DNA of 64,000 bases from Patescibacteria group bacterium (GTDB lineage: Bacteria > Patescibacteriota > Patescibacteriia > Patescibacteriales > WJLG01), in contig JAQUPS010000003.1 in NCBI GenBank assembly GCA_028716485.1, positions 715 to 64,714 of the forward strand. Direction: 5' to 3'. A program made the translations under genes and the position numbers. Positions 6,410 through 14,114 of the stretch are shown in pieces. The notes below the pieces were generated by a model. The model ran no database searches. It was not told the origin of the DNA and worked only from the letters and a program-made list of their open reading frames with translations. Every line of letters begins with the position of its first letter. Positions within the stretch are counted from its first letter, which is position 1.

Positions 6410-9244
6410 CTATTCCGCCGATATGCGATGAAAATATTCTTCGGTAAAACTCGGGTCAATATTATTTTTGTAAAAATTAATCACATAATCAACCTTGCTT
6501 TTCAAGATCGGATATTGGCTGACGGTATTCCAAAAATCTTTAAGCGCATTGGTCTTGTCAATCTTAAACATATTCTGGGCTATCGTAGAAAAATCTTCAT
6601 CTTCATTGGCTCGGCAATAATAAGTCAAAAATCCGGCCTTCCATAATTCAACGGAAGTGTAATCACTATCATTAGCAACAACTTCCGACCTAATGCTGTT
6701 ATCATAAGAAAGTCCGCCGGTATTTAAACGATCTAAATCCTCTTGATAAAAATTTACGGTGTAATGAAGGCTCTTGATAATATTGTGGGCGATTTCGTGA
6801 TGTATACCCTGTTCAAAACGATCTGAATCTGAATTATAAGCCACAAAAATTTTCACGTTCCAGGGATCGGCCATGCCGCCGACATTTACGCCCTTTTCGT
6901 ATACATTATTTAAGATATAAATTTTGTATATAAACTTTTTTAAGACTTCGAGCGGATATTTATCCAGAGCCTTCTTCACAATCGCCAAGCTCGCATCAAC
7001 CCTATCTTCAGACAAATTCGTTCCGCTAACATCCCGAGTCGGCTGATCGGCAACTCCGGCCGGATTCAAATGGGCACTATTATTGTTATCTTTCGACCAG
7101 GTAATCTCAACACCGCGATATTTTATACATTTATCGGGGATGGCGCACGTCGTACTTTCCGATACCGGCGCGACCGGCGTTACTGGCTTATTGACCGGAC
7201 TGCCGGAAGTAACCGGCGCTGATAATTTGTCGCCAACTCCAATTTTATTAATATTACTATCGGTTATTCCTAATCCAAGATTTTTCAGAACATTCAAGGC
7301 ATTTGCGGGATTGCCAAGAAAATATCTTCTATTATTGCTCGGGTTTACATACCAAGCCTCCCCTTTTGATTGAACTTGCAGTAAAATTTTTCCTCTTTGT
7401 TTGACGGCAAAGGCCGTATTTAATTTTAATTTTCCCGCGCCGTTGGGATTATAGCCGTTTTGCAATTCGGTTTTGTCGGAATACCCATCTTTATCGGAAT
7501 CTTGCGCGACATTCATTGCCCCCAAACTATCCACGGCTACCGGAATTTTATTGATGTCAGTATTGGTAATGCCAACTCCCCGGCTAATAATGACGTTCTT
7601 AATATTGGACAAGTTTAAAGAATATTTTTTATAAGTTTTCGGGTCGACATACCAAGCGGCTCCGCCGGATTGCACTTGCAATAAAATTTTTCCGCTCAAT
7701 CTTTTTGATAAATTTAAATCAATATTATTCGAAAGTGTATTCTGTTTGGGAGTAATAATAACTACTTTATCACCCTGGCTATTCTGGCTTGTACTAGACA
7801 GAGGGTTAACTGCCTCGGGGGTTGTATTAAACGATGGCTTGGCCGCCTCAGAAATTGATTGATTCGTTCGCGGATTAACGGTAATTGTTTTTGTACTGGG
7901 AGAAAGATCCGTTCCTCCGATATAGGCTTGGATTACGTATTTTTTGGCAGGATTAAATTGAAATGCGAAATCCCAAGTTTTGGTTTCATTTAGCTTGAGC
8001 GGACTTCCGGCGATAGATGAGCCGATGGGAATATTAAAATGCTTATCTTGTTTAGAAACAAGATTGCCGCTAGTACTGTTTTCATAAATCAAAATTCCGT
8101 ATGTATAATCATAAATATCATAAACACCGGTATTTTTAACTATCTCGCTCACGCCAGCCGACGAAGTTGTGATATCAGTAATAGCCATCGAGTTAGTGCC
8201 AGATACGTTGGCCGTAGTGAATTCGCCGATATCGGATTTAGTCTCCTGGGTAAAATTGTAAGTGGAATCTATATAATATTGGTAAGTTGTAGCCTGTTTC
8301 AAATTTGGAATTGTCGTTGAATGATCAACCGCAAAGCCAGGCTCACCCGCTTGAGCCCAATTCGTTGATCCCTTTTCCGCATACTTAACAATGCTGTCCG
8401 TATTCTTGCTTGTTTTCCAACTGATGATAGCGCTATTTGATCTGATTGTCTCTGCGGGGATAGTAATGCCACTTATTACATTAGGTAATGAGTCATCAAG
8501 AATCGTAAGCTTCTTCTCGAAAGTATTATCAGTCTCATTTGATTCGGCAATAACATTATCACTATCAATAGTGACAACTAAGTCATAAGTACCAGGGTCC
8601 AGGACAAAACTTATTCTTTGCCTGTAGGGTTGAGTCACATCAAAATACTTGGTAAGGCCGCTAATTTTATCATATACCTTTATCTTGTATGGCGAAGGAA
8701 AATAATTACAAATGTCCGAAAAAACTTGATCGCCGGAATAATTAATATCAACTTTATCTTGTTTTTCATTGTCATAATTTAGCGAAACATCATCAATTTT
8801 TAAATTAGTCAAGGGGCAATTCGATGACGGATACACGAAGTGAGCAAGCCCGGTAATATTGAAATTATTGCTTTCAGTCCCACTGCTGCCAGCACCATAT
8901 GCTTCAAGATAAATCGTATAGCTGCCAGTGACTAAATCCGATGGGGTTTTCCAGCTATACGAACCGGTGGGACTATTAATATCCTCCGTATTACTAGTGA
9001 TAAAGATGGAATTGCCGTGTTTATAGCTAAGTCTGACCCCGCTGACATTAGACTGATTCCATTTAATCGTCACTGTGTCGCCAGCGTTAAAGGTTTCCCC
9101 TCCGGCCGGAAATGTTATAGAAGCGCTGGGTATGGCGTTTATGTCAAAAGCTGAAACATTTACCGGACAAAAAATCGCCAATAAAAATATAAAACTGAAA
9201 AAAAGCATCAACCCACGCTTATTGACAAAATCCTGTTTTTGCAT
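6410..9244 (-). CDS. Large secreted multidomain surface protein with C-terminal HExxH (putative Zn-metallopeptidase-like) domain
   Basis: 944 aa with an N-terminal signal/TM. It has an Ig-like module (ITFPAGGETFNAGDTVTIKWN), CARDB-like NETDNTFEK and an FN3-like segment. It has two copies of the GKILLQVQS.G.AWYV...GLGITxxxINKI module (about 7240..7400 and 7540..7700). A Ca-binding-like DSDKDGYSDKTELQNGYNP segment and a C-terminal IHHEIAHNI motif follow. Confidence 0.75.
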   Translation of the reverse strand: MQKQDFVNKRGLMLFFSFIFLLAIFCPVNVSAFDINAIPSASITFPAGGETFNAGDTVTIKWNQSNVSGVRLSYKHGNSIFITSNTEDINSPTGSYSWKTPSDLVTGSYTIYLEAYGAGSSGTESNNFNITGLAHFVYPSSNCPLTNLKIDDVSLNYDNEKQDKVDINYSGDQVFSDICNYFPSPYKIKVYDKISGLTKYFDVTQPYRQRISFVLDPGTYDLVVTIDSDNVIAESNETDNTFEKKLTILDDSLPNVISGITIPAETIRSNSAIISWKTSKNTDSIVKYAEKGSTNWAQAGEPGFAVDHSTTIPNLKQATTYQYYIDSTYNFTQETKSDIGEFTTANVSGTNSMAITDITTSSAGVSEIVKNTGVYDIYDYTYGILIYENSTSGNLVSKQDKHFNIPIGSSIAGSPLKLNETKTWDFAFQFNPAKKYVIQAYIGGTDLSPSTKTITVNPRTNQSISEAAKPSFNTTPEAVNPLSSTSQNSQGDKVVIITPKQNTLSNNIDLNLSKRLSGKILLQVQSGGAAWYVDPKTYKKYSLNLSNIKNVIISRGVGITNTDINKIPVAVDSLGAMNVAQDSDKDGYSDKTELQNGYNPNGAGKLKLNTAFAVKQRGKILLQVQSKGEAWYVNPSNNRRYFLGNPANALNVLKNLGLGITDSNINKIGVGDKLSAPVTSGSPVNKPVTPVAPVSESTTCAIPDKCIKYRGVEITWSKDNNNSAHLNPAGVADQPTRDVSGTNLSEDRVDASLAIVKKALDKYPLEVLKKFIYKIYILNNVYEKGVNVGGMADPWNVKIFVAYNSDSDRFEQGIHHEIAHNIIKSLHYTVNFYQEDLDRLNTGGLSYDNSIRSEVVANDSDYTSVELWKAGFLTYYCRANEDEDFSTIAQNMFKIDKTNALKDFWNTVSQYPILKSKVDYVINFYKNNIDPSFTEEYFHRISAE

Positions 9245-9267
9245 AAAAGTTATATTTAAAAAATTAA

Positions 9268-11793
9268 TTAAAATAATGTCAGCCGCTTGTTGATTTCCGC
9301 TTCAATCAAGGCGCGGTCGCGGCCGTATTTCAGGCGACTCAGAGTTTTTATTTTATCGACAATCTCCGGACGTTCTAGGCCGGCCGGCGGCCAGATTGTT
9401 TTCATCGAGAATGGGCGCGAGGCGGTATTGTCGATTAATAATTTTACGTAGGCGGTGTAAGCTTCGATATTTATCAAATCATATTCGTTGAAAACCGGGG
9501 AATATTCTTTGGCCAGAACTTCAGCGTCTTCCGAGCCGATTTTGAAAGTGAACCAAGAGCCGACATTGCCGAACACGGCCGAGCGGATCGCCTCGCCTTC
9601 CTTGCCCAGCTGGCCGAGATATTGATGAGCGATGATCAGATTCAAACCGTATTTGCGGGCTTCGGATAAAATAGTGTTGATAGAGTCAGTGGTGAAATTC
9701 TGGAATTCGTCGATGTATAAATAAAAATCTTTGCGCGCGGTGTCCGGCATATCGGCGCGGGAAAGCGCAGCCATTAAAATTTTGCCGACAATTATCAAAC
9801 CGAGCAGATAAGCGTTCATATCGCCGATTTTTCCTTTGGACAAATCAACCAAAAGGATTTTCTGTTTGTCCATCACGTCGCGCAGATTGAACGAGCTTTT
9901 TTGCTGGCCGATGATCGGGCGCATCGTGTCGTTGGAAACGAATTGAGTCAGCTTGGAAGTGATATAAGGCACGATGTTGGCCAGCGCCGCTTCGCCGCCG
10001 GCTTTTTCCGCCTGCTTCTGCCAAAAATCCACCACCGTAATATCCGAACAATTTTTTAATTTTATCTGGCGGAAATCCGGATCGGACAAAACCCGCGGCA
10101 CCTCCATTAAGGTCGAACCGGATTCCGTGTGCGCCATAATCAAAAGCAAAGCGTTGCGCATATACTGCTCGAACATCGGGCCGCCGGTGGTTTTTAGATC
10201 ATATAATTTATCAAAAATCTTGATCAGTTCGTTGATGACGAAAGTTTTCTGCTCCGGATAACGCTCGTCGAATTCGATTAAGTTCAAACCCATCGGCCGC
10301 TCGATATCGGCCGGTGAAAACAAGATCACGTCTTCGGCGCGTTCCGGCGGAATCCTTTTCATGATATCCTCGATCAGATCACCGTGCGGATCCATCACAC
10401 AGACGCCTTCGCCGTTTAAAATATCCTGGATCGCCAAGCTGGCGATGAATTTTGACTTGCCCGTGCCGGACTTGCCGATGACATAGCAATGGCGGCGGCG
10501 GTCGGCGCGCTTAATGCGGATTTCTTTATCAACGCCGCGATAAACATTTTTCCCCAAAACAATTCCTTCGCTGGGAATATTAGATGGCGCCGGCGCCTGC
10601 CGCGCGGTGAGCCAGGCGATATTCGGCGTTTCCAGATTTTTCAGCGGAAAATGATAAATGCTGTCCAACTCTTCGGTGTTCAAGAGAAAACCAATTCCTT
10701 CGTCAAAACGGCGATAGATAAAATCGTGGATGACGCCGCTATTGAACTGATAATTTTTTTGCTGGAAAATATTACCGTATTCGTAATAATTATATTCGGC
10801 AAAGGCGTTGGCCATATTCAGAAGATAGGCTTTGCCGTTGTGTTCGTTTTTCGTACTGACCACGATGCGGATATTAACATCCAATCCGGCTTTGGAATTC
10901 TTGTCTTCCATATTTTTAAGCATCTCCTCCTCCATCGCTGATAATTTTTTCGGTTCTTTGGCTTCTTTTTCCCGCTCGCTTTTCGGCTTAGCCTCTTTGG
11001 CCACGCTGCCTAAAAATGCCATGGTTTTATTGAACGCCCCGTTGCCGACAGCTTCGCCGACTTTCTTGCCGCGATTTACTTCCCGAACCACGGAAGAAAT
11101 TTTCCGATGCCAGGAAGATTTCGCGCTGCGGACTAACACCTGCAAAGCCATTGATTCGTCTTTTTCCAATTTGCTCATCACGTTGACGAGCGAATTCATC
11201 GGATCGATTTCCATTTTATTGTAAGTGCGGATGGGAAAAACGAAACTTTTTTTCGTCTTGATTACGCTCGCGAAAACTTTAGCGCCCGGGTTGAAAATAT
11301 TATAGTCAGGAACCTCCTCAACCAGCGCGTCCGGAAAATTGGCATGGATCTGCTGTTCGATATAGCGCGCCATTTCCGCCGGCGTGACTACGTAAAAATA
11401 AATTTTCTTGTCAGTGGCGACGATTTCAAAAGAAAAATGATCGGCTCGGCCGAACAGCCAAGCCTTCAAGCCTCTTTGCGCCCGCGAGCCTCCGATACTG
11501 TTGAAAATCGCCTCGCCAACCGCGATCTGTTCGCGCAAATCCTGCACGGTCGGTTCTTTGTTTTCCTCGCCCGGCTTTTCCTTGGGCAGGCGAACCATAA
11601 AAACCGTCTGGGTAAGATATTGATTGCGCGCGAAATAGCCGCGCAAAATCCGCAGTGCGATCAAAACAATAATCAAAAAAACAACCGCGATCGCGGCATA
11701 AAAAACGATCAAAGACCAGTCGATCGCGGAATTTATCGACGACGCGGGAAAAATATTAGTATAATCGATGCCGTAATTCATATTTTTTGTCAT
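9268..11793 (-). CDS. VirD4/TraD/TraG-like (type IV coupling protein family) P-loop ATPase with N-terminal TM anchor
   Basis: Walker A VIGKSGTGKS, Walker B FYLYIDEFQNF, IIAHQYLGQL...VFGNVG block, one N-terminal TM. The first ATG (11793) lies inside the terminus of repeat E3, so the alternative start at 11781 (MNYGIDY) is at least as likely. Confidence 0.7.
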   Translation of the reverse strand: MTKNMNYGIDYTNIFPASSINSAIDWSLIVFYAAIAVVFLIIVLIALRILRGYFARNQYLTQTVFMVRLPKEKPGEENKEPTVQDLREQIAVGEAIFNSIGGSRAQRGLKAWLFGRADHFSFEIVATDKKIYFYVVTPAEMARYIEQQIHANFPDALVEEVPDYNIFNPGAKVFASVIKTKKSFVFPIRTYNKMEIDPMNSLVNVMSKLEKDESMALQVLVRSAKSSWHRKISSVVREVNRGKKVGEAVGNGAFNKTMAFLGSVAKEAKPKSEREKEAKEPKKLSAMEEEMLKNMEDKNSKAGLDVNIRIVVSTKNEHNGKAYLLNMANAFAEYNYYEYGNIFQQKNYQFNSGVIHDFIYRRFDEGIGFLLNTEELDSIYHFPLKNLETPNIAWLTARQAPAPSNIPSEGIVLGKNVYRGVDKEIRIKRADRRRHCYVIGKSGTGKSKFIASLAIQDILNGEGVCVMDPHGDLIEDIMKRIPPERAEDVILFSPADIERPMGLNLIEFDERYPEQKTFVINELIKIFDKLYDLKTTGGPMFEQYMRNALLLIMAHTESGSTLMEVPRVLSDPDFRQIKLKNCSDITVVDFWQKQAEKAGGEAALANIVPYITSKLTQFVSNDTMRPIIGQQKSSFNLRDVMDKQKILLVDLSKGKIGDMNAYLLGLIIVGKILMAALSRADMPDTARKDFYLYIDEFQNFTTDSINTILSEARKYGLNLIIAHQYLGQLGKEGEAIRSAVFGNVGSWFTFKIGSEDAEVLAKEYSPVFNEYDLINIEAYTAYVKLLIDNTASRPFSMKTIWPPAGLERPEIVDKIKTLSRLKYGRDRALIEAEINKRLTLF

Positions 11794-11972
11794 CCTGAGC
11801 CGTCCGCTCCGAGCGGATGGCGAAGGATCTATATTGGTAGCATAGCATTATCTTTTGAAAATATTTCCAAAACATTGTCGGTAAATTTTAAATATTCGTT
11901 CTAATCCGTGAGTAATGCATTAAAATGGTTTACAATCACAGATCCTTCGCCAGGGGCTCAGGATGACAAATA
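11785..11972. repeat. MITE-like double-hairpin element E3
   Basis: TTTTTTGTCATCCTGAGCCGTCCGCTCCGAGCGGATGGCGAAGGATCT ... AGATCCTTCGCCAGGGGCTCAGGATGACAAA. The core contains ATTCGTTCTAATCCGTGA, as in E1. The element fills the whole spacer between 11977 (stop) and the start of the next gene. Confidence 0.75.
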
Positions 11973-11976
11973 GTTA

Positions 11977-12447
11977 TTAATTTTTCTTTTTTAATTTAAT
12001 AATTTCGTCCGCTTTAATTTTGGCTTCCTGCTCCAAAAAAAATTTATTGACTCCGGGGAGCCGCGCCAGCCATTTTCTGATCAAATCGACGATCTTGCCG
12101 ATATTTATTTTGGTTTTCTCCAAGAGTTTGTTGATTTTTTTGGCAGTCTCTTCCCCTTCCCGGCGGAATTCCGCCTGCTTTTCAAGCGGCAAACCCAAAT
12201 AAATTTCTTCCAAATCGCGCGCCAAAAAATTCTCGATCTGCTTTTCCCGCTCTTCGTATTCCGAAATCACGCTTTTAATCGGCCGCGCCGGCGTGATGAC
12301 CGCGGCGCCCGGCCTCTCGATCGCTTTTTCCGCCGGCTTCTCTGTTTTTTCAACGCCAAATTCCGGCCGCTCATTCAGAGCGCCGGCCTCGGTTTCGATT
12401 TTCTTCGGCGCTTCAATATTCGCGCCAATCTTTAATTCGCCGGGCAT
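11977..12447 (-). CDS. Hypothetical coiled-coil/charged protein
   Basis: 156-aa ORF, K/E-rich, with no recognisable motif. It lies on the same strand immediately upstream of the VirD4-like gene. Confidence 0.5.
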   Translation of the reverse strand: MPGELKIGANIEAPKKIETEAGALNERPEFGVEKTEKPAEKAIERPGAAVITPARPIKSVISEYEEREKQIENFLARDLEEIYLGLPLEKQAEFRREGEETAKKINKLLEKTKINIGKIVDLIRKWLARLPGVNKFFLEQEAKIKADEIIKLKKKN

Positions 12448-12570
12448 AAATGAAGCCTGTTAATCTTGATTAATTATAGCACGAAAAACAGTAAGTTTAA
12501 ATTGTCATCTGCGAAAAATGCGATTCCGCCCGTAAACAATATGGCAATTTGGCAATTTAACCATCTGAAA

Positions 12571-12599
12571 TTTCAAACTGAATAAATTTGTGCTACAAT
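12571..12599 (+). promoter_or_regulatory. Putative extended -10 promoter of corA
   Basis: TGcTACAAT (12591..12599) with a weak -35 TTTCAA 17 nt upstream, followed by SD AAGGAG (12614..12619) and the ATG at 12623. Confidence 0.4.
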
Positions 12600-12622
12600 A
12601 TAATCATAACGACAAGGAGAAC

Positions 12623-13591
12623 ATGCCAGACTACAAAAAAATATCCAACAACATCCAGCAGCTGACGATTGCCGGAGCCGGAGGCGAAAAGATCAAATGG
12701 CTGAACATCGCCAATCCTGGCAAGGACGAGCTGTCTTTTTTGCGCAAGATCAAGATTTATGATTTTGATTTCAAGCAGCTACGCGCCTCCTCGGCGAAAA
12801 TCACCGCCCAGCGTCCGATTTTCGAACAGCGGGAAAAATATTTTTTCCTGATTTTGCAATTTCCGGTTTTGCGCAACGGCGAAATCATCCCGGCCGAAAT
12901 CGATTTTTTCATCAGCCACGGATTGTTGGTAACCCTGCACGCCAACAACCAGCCGGCGCTCAACGATTTTTTCAATACGGCCAAAAAAGACGATTCGGTT
13001 TTGATGGCCAAAAAGATGCCCTCGGCGGCCATCTTGCTCTGCGAACTGTTTTCCAAGCTTATTTATCACTGTTATGATTTGATGGATAAAAATAGCGAGA
13101 GAATAAACGAGATCGAAAAAATAATTTTCGCCAACCAGCAGAAAAAAGCGGCATCGGCCATTCTGGAATTGCGGCGCAACATCATCGGCATCCGGCGCAT
13201 CATGCAAAGCCACAAAAATATTTTAAAAAAAATAACCCACACCAAAAGCAAGGTGATCTCTTCCGCGAAATTAAATCATTACTACTACGAATTAATCGAT
13301 CATACCAAAAGAATCTGGGAACTTTCCGAAAATCAGAAAGAAGCGGTCGAGGCGCTCAACGACACCAACGAATCCCTGCTCAACGACAAGATAAGCAATA
13401 TCATGAAAACGCTGACCATCTTTTCGGTGATCGTTTTTCCCCTGACGCTGTTCGCCGCCATCTTCGGGATGAACACTACCGACGGCATGCCATTTCTCGA
13501 TAACCCTAACGGTTTCTGGATCGTCTTGAGCTTTATGGGCGTCGGCTGCCTGGGGATGATCTTCTTCTTCGTCAGGAAAAAATGGCTCTGA
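12623..13591 (+). CDS. corA: CorA-family magnesium/cobalt transporter
   Basis: C-terminal two TMs with the GMN motif (AAIFGMNTTDGMPF). ATG at 12623 (MPDYKK) is preceded by AAGGAG; the track start at 12590 is a non-ATG extension. Confidence 0.85.
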   Translation: MPDYKKISNNIQQLTIAGAGGEKIKWLNIANPGKDELSFLRKIKIYDFDFKQLRASSAKITAQRPIFEQREKYFFLILQFPVLRNGEIIPAEIDFFISHGLLVTLHANNQPALNDFFNTAKKDDSVLMAKKMPSAAILLCELFSKLIYHCYDLMDKNSERINEIEKIIFANQQKKAASAILELRRNIIGIRRIMQSHKNILKKITHTKSKVISSAKLNHYYYELIDHTKRIWELSENQKEAVEALNDTNESLLNDKISNIMKTLTIFSVIVFPLTLFAAIFGMNTTDGMPFLDNPNGFWIVLSFMGVGCLGMIFFFVRKKWL

Positions 13592-13641
13592 ATCAATTAA
13601 AAATTACAAATTAAGAATTAAGAATCATTTTTAAAATAAAA

Positions 13642-13676
13642 AGGAGGCGCTTTATTCAATGCGCCTCTTTCGTTTT
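13642..13676. terminator. Bidirectional terminator between convergent genes
   Basis: GAGGCGC-TTTATTCAAT-GCGCCTC is flanked by an A-run upstream and TTTCGTTTT downstream. Confidence 0.6.
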
Positions 13677-14088
13677 AGGCTATCAGCCCGGGATATTTCT
13701 CGAAAAATTCCGCCTCTCTTTTCCTCATTTTTTTTATCTCCCTAAGCTGCGAGAGGAACAAATGGATCCAAAAGAGAAAACTACCGGCATAATCTTTTTT
13801 TCCAAACAAGACTTCATATTTTTCCAGCAGTTCATCCTCCACCGCCGGGGCGATGATCAAGAGAATATCCTTGGCGATTAGCGACGACCAAGAAAGATCT
13901 CCGGTATTTTTTCCGTCCTCGAACTCTCGCTCGATAATCTGGAAAAGTTTTCCCCGGTCAAACGACATAAGAAAGTTCGGGGGAAATTTTCCGATTATCT
14001 CCCTGATAGTGCTGCCCTCCCTAATCAGGGCCAATAAATCCGGCCACCAGGCCATGTTTTCGGGATCAATTCCCGGAACAACTCTCAT
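13675..14088 (-). CDS. Hypothetical protein
   Basis: 137-aa ORF with no recognisable motif. Its codon usage resembles its neighbours. Confidence 0.45.
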   Translation of the reverse strand: MRVVPGIDPENMAWWPDLLALIREGSTIREIIGKFPPNFLMSFDRGKLFQIIEREFEDGKNTGDLSWSSLIAKDILLIIAPAVEDELLEKYEVLFGKKDYAGSFLFWIHLFLSQLREIKKMRKREAEFFEKYPGLIA

Positions 14089-14114
14089 AAATCCTCCTTT
14101 GAAAAGGTACGAAA

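Noticed and set aside
13589-13591. Possible alternative genetic code (UGA recoded), as in some candidate phyla.
   Set aside because: TGA terminates well-delimited genes at the expected length (corA at 13589..13591; the GT2 gene at 49564..49566). Conserved proteins show no in-frame TGA.
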